A DNA stretch of 64,000 bases from Dehalococcoidia bacterium (GTDB lineage: Bacteria > Chloroflexota > Dehalococcoidia > Bin125): assembly GCA_963555985.3 (NCBI GenBank), contig OY820591.1:832001-896000 (forward strand), read 5' to 3'. The notes under the pieces are model-generated. The model had not been told where the DNA came from. It worked only from the letters and a program-made list of their open reading frames with translations, and ran no database searches. A program made the position numbers and the translations under genes. Positions 38,547 to 49,108 of this stretch are shown one piece after another; positions within the stretch are counted from its first letter, which is position 1; each line of letters starts with the position of its first letter.

Positions 38547-40529
38547 ATGAGCATCGAGACGCCGAATTGGGCCGAAACGACTGCCGACGATATTCGAAGG
38601 GGCGTTTCGGAGGCGATTCGCAGGGCGGAGCAACTGGCTGACGAGCTCGCGGCCGTGCCCGACGGGCGGCGCAGTTTTGAGAACACGGTGCTTCCGCTCG
38701 ACGAAATCTCCAATGTGATCGGGCAGGCTTCGGGCGCGTTCGGATTTCTCTCTCAAGTGTCGGACGATCCCGAACTGAGATCGGTCGCGCACGCTGAAGA
38801 AGAGCGGCTGGATGTCTTTGCCACCAGTCTGGGCTTCCGTGAGCCGATCGATCGGGCGCTGAAGGCGTATGCGCAGCGGGCGGAGTTGGAGGCGTTGCCC
38901 GACGACGCGCGGCGGCTGCTGGAGTTTGCTCTGCGCGATTACCGCCGCAACGGTTTCGGACTGCCGCAGACGGAACGCGACGTATTGCAGCAGTTACATG
39001 AGCGGCTGGTTGGCTTGGGGATTCGTTTCCGGCGGCAGATCGACGAATACGAGGATGCGATCGAGGTCTCGCGTGAGGAACTGTCCGGGCTGCCGGATGG
39101 GTACATCAATCGCTTGCAGACAGTTGAGGCGAACGGGTCGACGCGGTATCGGGTGTCGCTCGACTATCCGGAATTGCATCCGTTTCTCGACAGCGCCGAT
39201 GACGCAGAGCGTCGGCGCGAGTTGTTCTTCAAGAACCACAACAAGGCGGCAGATCAGAACATCGCGCTGTTGGAAGAGGCGATTGGCGTTCGGGATGAGA
39301 TCGCGCGGCGGTTGGGATACGAGTCGTGGGCTGCCTACGTGCTCGAGATTCGGATGGCGAAACAGCCGGACGCAGTGCTGGAATTCCTAGTTGATCTGGG
39401 GCAGCGGCTGGCAGGGAAGCTGGGCGATGATCTCTCTGCGCTTGCCGATGAACAGGAGCGGCGTACCGGAATGAGTAGCGCTGTCGGAATTGCTGACTGG
39501 CGCTACTACACCAATCGCGTAATCCAGCGCGAGTACCAGGTGGATCCGTTCGCAGTGGCGTCGTATTTTCCGCTTGAGACGGTGCTGGAGGGAATGTTCG
39601 ACATCTATCAGCGTCTGGTCGGGGTGCGTTTCGAGCCGCGAACAGAGGCGTCCACGACCGCCTGGCATCCCGACGCGCTGCCCTACGACATCGTTGATGC
39701 GGAGTCGGGCGAGGCGCTGGCGCGGTTCTACATGGACCTGCATCCGCGGCCGGGCAAGTTCGGCCACGCGGCCGCGTTCACGCTGCGCGGCGGACGGCGG
39801 CTGTCGGGCGATGCCGGCTATCAGCAGCCGGTGTCGGCGATCGTGGCCAATTTCACTCGGCCCGGCGCGGACTCGCCCTCGCTCCTGCGGCACAGCGAGG
39901 TGGTCACGCTCTTTCACGAGTTCGGGCACATTTTGCACCAGACGCTGACGCAGGCTCAGTACACGCGATTTTCAGGCACTCGGGTAGAGCGCGACTTCGT
40001 CGAAGCTCCCTCGCAGATGCTTGAGCATTGGTGCTGGCAGCCGTCGATGCTGCGGAGCTTCAGCCGCCACTACGAGACTGGCGATCCGCTGCCAGGCGAC
40101 CTGATCGAGCGGATGATCGAGTCGCGGTTCGTGTCGAGCGGGATTGCGACGCTGCGCCAGATCTACTTCTCGCGCTTGGACATGGCCTATCACGGACCCG
40201 GCGCGCAGAAAGACACTGACGCCATCGCTCGTGAGCTGCACCCGCTCACGGGGTTTCCGTTCCCCGAGGACACGCACTTCCAAGCCGGCTTCGGCCACCT
40301 CTTCGGGTACGACGCGGGCTACTACGGCTACCTCTGGAGCCGTGTCTTCGGCGACGACATGTTTACGCGGTTCGAGGAACCGGGCGCGTCAGTGGCGGCT
40401 GTAGGTCGGGAGTACCGCACAGGCATCCTCGAGCTGGGCGGGACGAAGGACGCCGAGGAATTGGTCAAGAGCTTCCTCGGTCGGGAGCCGAACGCGGATG
40501 CGTTTCTGCGCGAGCTGGGGCTGAGCTAA
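38547..40529 (+). CDS. M3-family (thimet-like) oligopeptidase
   Basis: FYMDLHPRPGK, TLFHEFGH, RDFVEAPSQMLE, FGHL.GYDAGYYGYLWS. Confidence 0.94.
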   Translation: MSIETPNWAETTADDIRRGVSEAIRRAEQLADELAAVPDGRRSFENTVLPLDEISNVIGQASGAFGFLSQVSDDPELRSVAHAEEERLDVFATSLGFREPIDRALKAYAQRAELEALPDDARRLLEFALRDYRRNGFGLPQTERDVLQQLHERLVGLGIRFRRQIDEYEDAIEVSREELSGLPDGYINRLQTVEANGSTRYRVSLDYPELHPFLDSADDAERRRELFFKNHNKAADQNIALLEEAIGVRDEIARRLGYESWAAYVLEIRMAKQPDAVLEFLVDLGQRLAGKLGDDLSALADEQERRTGMSSAVGIADWRYYTNRVIQREYQVDPFAVASYFPLETVLEGMFDIYQRLVGVRFEPRTEASTTAWHPDALPYDIVDAESGEALARFYMDLHPRPGKFGHAAAFTLRGGRRLSGDAGYQQPVSAIVANFTRPGADSPSLLRHSEVVTLFHEFGHILHQTLTQAQYTRFSGTRVERDFVEAPSQMLEHWCWQPSMLRSFSRHYETGDPLPGDLIERMIESRFVSSGIATLRQIYFSRLDMAYHGPGAQKDTDAIARELHPLTGFPFPEDTHFQAGFGHLFGYDAGYYGYLWSRVFGDDMFTRFEEPGASVAAVGREYRTGILELGGTKDAEELVKSFLGREPNADAFLRELGLS

Positions 40530-40728
40530 CTGCTCAACGCTGAGCATTCCGCAGTCAGACTCCGATTACGGGCAACGAGCGCACTGAGCTTCGTGCCTCC
40601 GCTCAAGCCGTCACCTGTCAGCGGGTACACTGCTCATGTCTCTGCGTTGGGGCAGTCCAGGCTCCCGCCTTGAGACGTGCGAGCGAGACTTCACGCCGCG
40701 GCGCTGCCGTGTGTTCAGCCGAGGAGCG

Positions 40729-41949
40729 ATGACCATGCCACAAATCGACACTCTCGAACAGGCTCAGCAACGGTTTGGCGAGCTGTTGGCGGCTCAGCAG
40801 GAGCGCGTAGACGCGATCAAGGCCGAAGGCGAGCCAACCGACTTCAGCGCGCTCGACCACATTGAGATTGGCGTGCTCGGGGGCGACGGAATTGGCCCCT
40901 CGATTGCCGATCAGTCGCAGCGCGTGCTCGAATCGCTGCTTGAGGAACCGGTCTCGTCCGGGCGGGTCAGCTTTCGCACCATTGATGGGTTGACGATTGA
41001 GCGCCGCGCTGAAGAGTTGGCGGCGATTCCCGAGGGCGTGCTCAAAGAGATCCACGAGTGCGACGTCACACTCAAGGGTCCGACCACCACTCCCGAGCAG
41101 GGCGACGGTTGGCCCAACATCGAGTCGGCCAACGTGGCCATGCGCAAGGTGCTCGATCTCTTTGCCAACGTCCGTCCGGTGCGCGTGCCCGCTGAGGGGA
41201 TTGACTGGACCTTCTTCCGCGAGAACACGGAAGATCTCTACGCAGTCGGCTCCGAGGGGTTTTCGCTGGGTGATCTCAATATCGATTTCAAGATCCTCAG
41301 CAATCCGGGTAGCGAGCGGATCATCCGCGCGGCGTTTGAGTACGCCAAGAACAACGGCAAGGACAGCGTGACCGTCGTGACCAAGGCGAACGTGGTCAAG
41401 ACGACTGACGGCGCGTTCTTGGACGCGGCTCGGCGCGTGGCCGAGGATTACCCCGACATCGGCTGGGAGGGGTGGTACATCGACATCATGACCGCCAAGT
41501 TGGTCGACCCCAAGCGGCGGACGAACTTCCAAGTGTTCGCGCTGCCGAATCTGTACGGCGACATCCTGACCGACGAAGCGGCCGAGTTCCAGGGCGGCGT
41601 GGGCACAGCCGGCGCGGCCAACATCGGCACGAAGACAGCGATGTTCGAAGCGATCCACGGCAGCGCGCCGCGCATGGTTCGAGAGGGCCGCGACATCTAC
41701 GCTGATCCGTCCTCGATGCTCCGCGCCGGTGCGATGCTGCTCAGTCACATCGGCTACCAGGAACTGGGCGACAAGCTGGACAAGGCAATGGATTTGTGCG
41801 GCCAGTACGAGAAGGAACTCGTGATGACGGGCCGCAACACCGGCGCGACGACGGCTGAGTTCGGCGATTACGTGTTGGCGACGGTGCGTGACTCGCAGCT
41901 CGAGGAGCGCTGGGCTGAGGCGATTGAGCGCGTCCGCGCCGGCGCCTAA
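40729..41949 (+). CDS. Isocitrate/isopropylmalate dehydrogenase family protein (probable isocitrate dehydrogenase)
   Basis: GDGIGP, KGPTTTP, SANVAMRK.LDLFANVRP, FRENTEDLY, PNLYGDILTD, FEAIHGSAP. Confidence 0.88.
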   Translation: MTMPQIDTLEQAQQRFGELLAAQQERVDAIKAEGEPTDFSALDHIEIGVLGGDGIGPSIADQSQRVLESLLEEPVSSGRVSFRTIDGLTIERRAEELAAIPEGVLKEIHECDVTLKGPTTTPEQGDGWPNIESANVAMRKVLDLFANVRPVRVPAEGIDWTFFRENTEDLYAVGSEGFSLGDLNIDFKILSNPGSERIIRAAFEYAKNNGKDSVTVVTKANVVKTTDGAFLDAARRVAEDYPDIGWEGWYIDIMTAKLVDPKRRTNFQVFALPNLYGDILTDEAAEFQGGVGTAGAANIGTKTAMFEAIHGSAPRMVREGRDIYADPSSMLRAGAMLLSHIGYQELGDKLDKAMDLCGQYEKELVMTGRNTGATTAEFGDYVLATVRDSQLEERWAEAIERVRAGA

Positions 41950-41977
41950 GGAAGAATGAGGCGGGGAGGGGGCGGTT

Positions 41978-42607
41978 ATGCCCAATGAATTGCAGCGCGC
42001 CCGCGCTCGCGCGGAGCGGGCCGAGGAAGGCCGGAAGGCGGCGGTCGTCCGCGCGGATTCGCTTGAGGATCGGGCGAAGAAGGCCGAACGCCAGGCGCGT
42101 GAAGCGCAGCAGCGGGCGGAGCGTCTGGCGGATCGTCTGGCCCACGCAGGCGAAGAAGTGGGGCCGCTGCGGGCCGAACTGCGCGCGGCAAAGGCGGAAT
42201 TGGCGAACGTGAGCGAGCGCGTGGCCTCCGCTGAGGACGCAGCGCAATCGGCCAACGAACGCGCGGACGCCCTCGCTGCCCAGCATGATGAAGCCGAGCG
42301 TGCGCGCGCAGCGCTGGCCGCGCAGCAGGATGATCTAACGCAACGAGCCAGTTTCTATGAACAGGCGGCCAAAGAGTCAGCCGCGAGTCTGGCCGCGGCC
42401 GCTGCGGCGCAAAGCGAAGCGGAGCAGCAAGCCTCGGAACTACAAGCCAAGCTCGATGAACAGCACAGTCAGCATCGGACGGAACTCAACCGCGTCACGC
42501 GCGAACGCGACCAGCTGCAGAAGAAGCTGACGGCGCTGGAGGCCGAGCTGGAAGAGGCGCGGAGAGGCGTAAGCGGGGCTTTGCGGCGTCGTTTCGGGCG
42601 CGGATAA
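41978..42607 (+). CDS. Hypothetical coiled-coil protein
   Basis: A/E/R/Q-rich heptad-like sequence over the whole length; basic C-terminus. Confidence 0.7.
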   Translation: MPNELQRARARAERAEEGRKAAVVRADSLEDRAKKAERQAREAQQRAERLADRLAHAGEEVGPLRAELRAAKAELANVSERVASAEDAAQSANERADALAAQHDEAERARAALAAQQDDLTQRASFYEQAAKESAASLAAAAAAQSEAEQQASELQAKLDEQHSQHRTELNRVTRERDQLQKKLTALEAELEEARRGVSGALRRRFGRG

Positions 42608-42707
42608 GGCGGCTGTCGGTCGTTCCTGTACGTTCCTGTATTGGCCGTCACATGCAAGCGGTCCGCCGCTGGTTAACCTCTCGACAGAGGCGTGAACGGA
42701 GTCCGTC

Positions 42708-45700
42708 GTGAGTGAGCGAGCGGGGCTGTTGGATGTGGCGGCGCAACGGGTCGTCGTGCTTGACGGCGCGACAGGGACTGGTCTCCAGCTCATGGATCTG
42801 TCGCTGAGCGACTTTGACGGTCTCGAAGGCTGTAATGAGATTCTGAATCTGAGTCGTCCCGATGCAGTTGAGGCGTTGCATGAGTCGTATTTGGCGGCGG
42901 GCGCAGATGCGGTGTTGACGAACTCCTTCGGCGGCTCCGTGATCACATTGGGTGAATACGACTTGTCTGAGCGAACGCGCGAGATCAACGCCGCCGCCGC
43001 GAACCACGCGCGGCGCGTGGCTGATCGTTTTGCGACCGTCGATCGTCCCCGCTTCGCGATCGGATCACTTGGGCCGGGCACCAAGCTGCCGTCGCTGGGC
43101 CATGTCGATTTTGACGACCTCTACGCGGCTTACCTGGAACAGGCGCGAGGGTTGCTGGACGGCGATGTCGACGCCTTGCTGGTCGAGACTGTCTACGACC
43201 TGTTGCAAGGCAAAGCCGCGATTTTGGCTTGTCACGACGCGGTTGCGGAGCGCGGCGCTGCCACACCGGTGTTCGGTACAGTCACGATTGAGACCACCGG
43301 CCAGATGCTGGTCGGTTCCGAGATTGGCGCGGCGCTGACGGCGCTTGCGCCGATGCGGTTGGACGGGATCGGGCTGAACTGCGCCACCGGCCCCGATCTG
43401 ATGCATGAGCCGCTGCGTTATCTGTCGCTGAGCGCCGATGGCCCGTTGCTCTGTTCGCCGAATGCCGGGCTTCCCCGCACAGAGAACGGGCAGATGGTCT
43501 ACGACCTGACTCCAGCCCAGCTCGCAGAAGCGCACCGCACCTTCGTCTCGGAATACGGCGTGAACATCGTCGGCGGCTGTTGCGGGACGACCCCCGAACA
43601 TGTGCGGGCTGTCCAGGAAGAAGTAGGAGGCCAAAGCGCGGCTGTGCGGTCACCAGAGTCGGAACCGGCGGCGGCGTCGCTCTTCGTCAGTACGCCCTAT
43701 CGCCAGGACACGTCGTTTCTGATCGTGGGCGAACGCGCCAACGCGAACGGCTCGCGGCGCTTCAAGCGCCTGCTCCAGCGAGAGCGCTGGGAGCAGATGG
43801 CGAACATCGTGCGCGATCAGGCCGCCGAGGGCGCGCATGTCGCCGATGTCTGCGTCGATTTCGTGGGCCGCGACGGCGTTCCGGACATGGAGCAGCTAGT
43901 GACGCTCGCTCGCGGGGTCTCAACGCTGCCGCTGATGCTCGATTCGACCGAGCCGCCCGTGCTGGAGGCGGGGCTGAAGCTGTTGGGCGGCAAGGCGATC
44001 GTGAATTCGATCAACCTCGAGGATGGTGGCGTGCGTCTGGATCGGACGCTGCGAGCGGCTGTGCGTTTCGGCGCGGCGGCGGTCGCGCTCGTGATTGACG
44101 AAGAGGGACAGGCCCGCACCTGCGAGCGGAAAGTGGCAATCGCGGAGCGGCTCTACCGGATTGCGACTGAGGACTACGAACTCGCGCCGGAAGATTTGTT
44201 CTTCGACGCGCTCACTTTGCCGGTGAGCACGGGACAGGAAGACCTGCGCCGCGACGGGATTGAGACGCTTGATGCAGTTGAACAGATCAGCCGGCGCTTT
44301 CCCCGCGCGCAGACGATTCTTGGCGTCAGCAATATCTCCTTTGGCCTCAATGCAGCTGCGCGGCAAGTGCTCAACTCGGTCTTCCTGCAAGAGGCGATTG
44401 ATCGCGGGTTGACCGCGGCCATTGTGCACGCCGCGCAGATTCTGCCGATCAACCGTATTCCCGACGAACAACTCACCGCTGCCCGCCGCTTGATCTACAA
44501 CGAGTGGATGGACGGCGCCGATCCGTTGCAGGCGTTCATGGCGTTGTTCGAGGGGCACGAGGCGAACGTCTCCGCGCGCGACGATCTGAGCACGCTGCCG
44601 TTGGAGGAGCGCTTACACCGCCGGATCGTGGACGGGCAGCGCGAAGGTCTGGAAGCCGACCTTGATCAAGCGCTCGAACGTCGCGGCGCGATCGAGATCA
44701 TCAACGGCCTATTACTGCCCGCAATGCAGGAGGTAGGCGAGCTCTTCGGCGCGGGCAAGATGCAGCTGCCCTTCGTGCTGCAATCGGCCGAGACGATGAA
44801 GCGCGCGGTCTCTCAACTGGAGCCGCATATGGACAAGCTCGATGCGAGCGGCAAGGGCGTGATCGTACTGGCCACCGTGCGCGGGGATGTGCATGACATC
44901 GGCAAGAACCTGGTCGACATCATCCTCTCCAACAACGGCTTTACGACGGTCAATCTAGGGATCAAGCAGCCGATCAACACGATCATCGACGCTGCCATTG
45001 AGCACGAAGCGGACGCGATCGGGCTGTCGGGCTTGCTGGTCAAATCGACTCTGGTGATGCAAGACGACCTCAAGGAACTGAACGCGCGCGGTCTCGCAGA
45101 ACGTTGGCCGGTGTTGCTAGGTGGGGCGGCGCTGACGCGGAAGTTTGTCGAATCCGATCTGCGGCGCGAGTTCGAGGGCAAGGTCTTCTACGGACAGGAC
45201 GCCTTTGAGGGGTTGCGGATCATGAATGCGCTGGCGGACGGTGTGGAATTAGACGCATCGCCGGTAGAGGTTACGGCGCGCCCTGCTCCTCGCGCGCCTG
45301 CCGCCGCAAAGACGCGAACGACCGTCGCGCCCGCGCCGTCGATCCCCAAGCCGCCCTTCTGGGGATCGCGAGTAGTGCGCGGGATTTCGTTGGGCGAGGT
45401 CTTTCCCTATGTGAACAAGCGGATGCTGTATCGCGGGCAGTGGTCGCTGAAGGACGACGGCGCCGAGACGGAGCGGGTTGCCGAGGAGTCGTTTCGGCGG
45501 CTACAGGATGAGGCGGTGCGCGGCGGGATTCTGGAGCCGGCGGTGGTCTACGGGTTTTTCCCGGCGCAGGCCGACGGCGATGCGGTGATCGTCTACGGCC
45601 CGGAGGGCGGCGGCGAGTTGGCGAGGTTCGAGTTCCCCCGCCAAGTGGGGAAACAGGGACTCTGCCTCTCCGACTTCTTCCGCAGCGTGGAGAGCGGTGA

Positions 45701-46109
45701 GCTGGATGTGATCGGCTTCCACGTGGTCACGATGGGCCGCCGCGTGAGCGAGTACACCGCCCGTCTGTACGCCGAAGACCGCTACCAGGATTACCTCTAC
45801 TGGCACGGCTTCGGGGTCGAAACCGCCGAGGCGCTGGCCGAGTACTGGCATCAGCGGATCCGCCAGGAGCTCGGGATCACCGGCTCCGACGGCACGATCG
45901 AGGAATTGTTCAAGACGACATATCAGGGGCAGCGCTACTCGTTCGGCTATCCGGCCTGTCCGAATCTTGAGGATCAGCAGATTCTCTGGCGGCTCTTGGA
46001 GCCGGAGCGGATCGGCGTCTCGCTGAGCGATGAGTTCCAGATGCATCCGGAGCAGTCGACTTCGGCGCTGATCGTGCATCATCCCGAGGCCCGTTACTTC
46101 GGTATCTAG
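42708..46109 (+). CDS. metH: Cobalamin-dependent methionine synthase
   Basis: GLNCATGP, GGCCGTTPEH, GERANANGS, ATVRGDVHDIGKNLV B12 motif, RYSFGYPACP. Confidence 0.97.
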   Translation: MSERAGLLDVAAQRVVVLDGATGTGLQLMDLSLSDFDGLEGCNEILNLSRPDAVEALHESYLAAGADAVLTNSFGGSVITLGEYDLSERTREINAAAANHARRVADRFATVDRPRFAIGSLGPGTKLPSLGHVDFDDLYAAYLEQARGLLDGDVDALLVETVYDLLQGKAAILACHDAVAERGAATPVFGTVTIETTGQMLVGSEIGAALTALAPMRLDGIGLNCATGPDLMHEPLRYLSLSADGPLLCSPNAGLPRTENGQMVYDLTPAQLAEAHRTFVSEYGVNIVGGCCGTTPEHVRAVQEEVGGQSAAVRSPESEPAAASLFVSTPYRQDTSFLIVGERANANGSRRFKRLLQRERWEQMANIVRDQAAEGAHVADVCVDFVGRDGVPDMEQLVTLARGVSTLPLMLDSTEPPVLEAGLKLLGGKAIVNSINLEDGGVRLDRTLRAAVRFGAAAVALVIDEEGQARTCERKVAIAERLYRIATEDYELAPEDLFFDALTLPVSTGQEDLRRDGIETLDAVEQISRRFPRAQTILGVSNISFGLNAAARQVLNSVFLQEAIDRGLTAAIVHAAQILPINRIPDEQLTAARRLIYNEWMDGADPLQAFMALFEGHEANVSARDDLSTLPLEERLHRRIVDGQREGLEADLDQALERRGAIEIINGLLLPAMQEVGELFGAGKMQLPFVLQSAETMKRAVSQLEPHMDKLDASGKGVIVLATVRGDVHDIGKNLVDIILSNNGFTTVNLGIKQPINTIIDAAIEHEADAIGLSGLLVKSTLVMQDDLKELNARGLAERWPVLLGGAALTRKFVESDLRREFEGKVFYGQDAFEGLRIMNALADGVELDASPVEVTARPAPRAPAAAKTRTTVAPAPSIPKPPFWGSRVVRGISLGEVFPYVNKRMLYRGQWSLKDDGAETERVAEESFRRLQDEAVRGGILEPAVVYGFFPAQADGDAVIVYGPEGGGELARFEFPRQVGKQGLCLSDFFRSVESGELDVIGFHVVTMGRRVSEYTARLYAEDRYQDYLYWHGFGVETAEALAEYWHQRIRQELGITGSDGTIEELFKTTYQGQRYSFGYPACPNLEDQQILWRLLEPERIGVSLSDEFQMHPEQSTSALIVHHPEARYFGI

Positions 46110-46202
46110 TCGGAAACTAGACGTGCGGCGCGATAGGCTGCGCGCTATTGAGCGCGACTGACTCGAATTGAGGGAGACGGCGGGTGAAGACGCAGGCGCC
46201 GC

Positions 46203-47555
46203 ATGGCTGATCTCTTCCGACCGCGTTGGCGCGAGGGCACCGATCCGTTCCGTCGGATTGTTGTGCAGGGGACCTTGCGCTTCATGGAGGTCGAAGCCGC
46301 GGGCGGCATTGTGCTCGTGGTGGCGGCCGTGATCGCCATGCTCTGGGCCAACATCGATTTCCATTCCTACGACTCCTTCTGGCACACGCACATCAAGCTC
46401 GATCTCTCCATCTGGTCGTTCGATCAATCGTTGCAGCATGTCGTCAACGACATCCTGATGGTGGTCTTCTTCCTCGTCGTAGGAGCCGAGATCAAGCGCG
46501 AAGTCACGCACGGCGAGTTGCGCGATCCGCGCCAGGCGGCGCTGCCGATTTTCGCCGCGCTGGGCGGGATGCTGGTGCCGGCAGCGCTCTACGCCGCGCT
46601 CAACGCCGGCGGCGAGGGCGGCTCGGGCTGGGGCATCCCGGTGGCGACCGATATCGCCTTCGCGCTGGGCGTGCTGGCGCTGGTCGGTCGCGGCGTACCG
46701 GTTCAGCTCAAGGTGTTCCTGCTCACGCTGGCCGTCGCCGACGATGTCGGCGGCATTCTGATCATCGCCATCTTCTACTCGGAATCGATCCAAGTGGAGT
46801 GGATTGCGGGGATGATCGGCGCCGTTGCATTCTTGTTGTTGCTCAAGCAGATGGGCTTCCGCCACGTTGGCATCCATGTCCTTGGCGGCCTGTTCCTCTG
46901 GCTGACGCTTTGGGAGGCGGGCGTCCACGCGACCCTGGCCGGAGTCATTCTCGGCTTGATCGTTCCCGCCGATGCCCTCTATGACGACAAGGGCATCACC
47001 CGCCGAGTCGATTATCTGCTGCAACGGTTGCGATATGTCCAGGAGGACCCGGACCCCGCGGTCCGCGAGCACGACTCTCACGAAGCGCTGCGCAATATTG
47101 AGCACGTCGCTCGCGAAGGCGTGAGCCCGCTCGAGCGCCTGGAGGAAGGCATCGCGCCGATCTCCGCGTTCATCGTCGTGCCGCTCTTCGCTCTGGCGAA
47201 CGCGGGAATTCACATCACCGGAGACAGCATCGACGCCGCGCTCAGCTCGAATATCGCGTGGGGTATTTTCCTGGGTCTGTTGTTGGGCAAATTCTTCGGG
47301 ATCGTCGCGGCATCAGCGTTGGCGATCAGGCTGGGGCTCGCATTCAAGCCCGTGCAGCTTCAGTGGTCGCATCTGGGCGGCGCGGCGCTGCTGGCCGGGA
47401 TCGGGTTCACCGTGGCGATCTTCATCGCCAACCTCAGCTTCGGGGCGGACGAGACCAAACTGCTCGAGGGCGCGAAGATTGGCATCTTCGCTGCCTCGAT
47501 TGTGGCCGCCGTGCTTGGCTTCATCGTGCTGCGTCGGACCGCGGCGCGCTTCTGA
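46203..47555 (+). CDS. nhaA: Na+/H+ antiporter NhaA
   Basis: VNDILM..FF, GWGIPVATDIAF, LLTLAVADD, GVHATLAG, GIGFTVAIFI. Confidence 0.94.
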   Translation: MADLFRPRWREGTDPFRRIVVQGTLRFMEVEAAGGIVLVVAAVIAMLWANIDFHSYDSFWHTHIKLDLSIWSFDQSLQHVVNDILMVVFFLVVGAEIKREVTHGELRDPRQAALPIFAALGGMLVPAALYAALNAGGEGGSGWGIPVATDIAFALGVLALVGRGVPVQLKVFLLTLAVADDVGGILIIAIFYSESIQVEWIAGMIGAVAFLLLLKQMGFRHVGIHVLGGLFLWLTLWEAGVHATLAGVILGLIVPADALYDDKGITRRVDYLLQRLRYVQEDPDPAVREHDSHEALRNIEHVAREGVSPLERLEEGIAPISAFIVVPLFALANAGIHITGDSIDAALSSNIAWGIFLGLLLGKFFGIVAASALAIRLGLAFKPVQLQWSHLGGAALLAGIGFTVAIFIANLSFGADETKLLEGAKIGIFAASIVAAVLGFIVLRRTAARF

Positions 47556-47689
47556 GCGATACCTGACTTGCCGGACAAGCGCCAGACGAGGCTCGCGCGT
47601 GCGCTACACTTTCGTGGGTTCTCCGACAATCGTCGGTGAAGCCTGTGCGGCGGTGCATGGCCGCCGTCCACCACAGTTTCGAGTGACGG

Positions 47690-48574
47690 ATGGAGCAGGA
47701 GGCGGCCTACGTGCAAGCGGTCAAATATGCCCGCGCGGGCAGCGTCGAGGAAGCGGTAAGCCTGTTGCAGGAGGGCGGCGAAGGCGCGCGTCCGCTCGCG
47801 GGCGGTACCGATGTCATCGTCCAGGCGCGCGAGCGCACCCGCGACATCAGTCTCTTCGTCGACATCAAGCACATCGACGAGGTGATGCAACTCTCCTACA
47901 ACCCCGATGACGGCCTCACCATTGGCGCGGCCACGCCCTGCCACGAGATCTACGGGGACGCGACGGTGCAGGAGTTGTATCCGGCGCTGGTCGATTCGAC
48001 CTCGCTGATCGGCGGTACCGCGATTCAGGGGCGCGCCTCGCTGGGCGGGAACCTATGTAACTCGTCCCCAGCTGCGGACGGGATTCCGACCCTGATCGTG
48101 CTGGAGGCTCAAGTCGAGATCGCCGGCCCCGGCGGACGCCGCTCGGTCCCGGTGGAAGACTTCTGCACCGCTCCGGGACGCAACGTGCTCGAAGCGGGTG
48201 AGTTTGTGGTTGCGCTCCATTTCCCAGCCCCCGCAGCAGGCTCCGGCGCGCGCTTCCTGCGTTTCATTCCCCGCAACGAAATGGATATCGCCGTCACCAA
48301 CGCCGCCACTCAAGTCCGGCTTGACGGCGACACGGTGACCTGGGCTCGGGTCTCAATCGGCGCTGTCGCGCCGACGCCGTTGCTGGTGGCCGACGCAGCC
48401 GCAGCGCTGGTTGGGCAGCCGTTGAGCGACGACACGATTGCAGCTGCTGCGGCTGCTTCACGCGCCGCCGCCAACCCGATTACCGATATGCGCGGCTCGA
48501 TCCGCCAGCGTGTGCATTTGTCGGGCGTCTTGACCGAACGAACGATCCGCCAGGCCGCTGAGCGCGCGGCATAG
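47690..48574 (+). CDS. Xanthine dehydrogenase family FAD-binding subunit (CoxM-like)
   Basis: LAGGTD, ASLGGNLCNSSPAAD, PITDMRGS. Confidence 0.9.
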   Translation: MEQEAAYVQAVKYARAGSVEEAVSLLQEGGEGARPLAGGTDVIVQARERTRDISLFVDIKHIDEVMQLSYNPDDGLTIGAATPCHEIYGDATVQELYPALVDSTSLIGGTAIQGRASLGGNLCNSSPAADGIPTLIVLEAQVEIAGPGGRRSVPVEDFCTAPGRNVLEAGEFVVALHFPAPAAGSGARFLRFIPRNEMDIAVTNAATQVRLDGDTVTWARVSIGAVAPTPLLVADAAAALVGQPLSDDTIAAAAAASRAAANPITDMRGSIRQRVHLSGVLTERTIRQAAERAA

Positions 48575-48590
48575 TGAGGGAGACAGCTCA

Positions 48591-49073
<483 letters not shown>

Positions 49074-49108
49074 CCGCCCATTCCGCCCACCACGAGAGGA
49101 CTCTTCGC

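Noticed and set aside
42610-42707. SAM or cobalamin riboswitch upstream of metH
   Set aside because: No recognisable conserved core; only a short GTTCCTGTA duplication.
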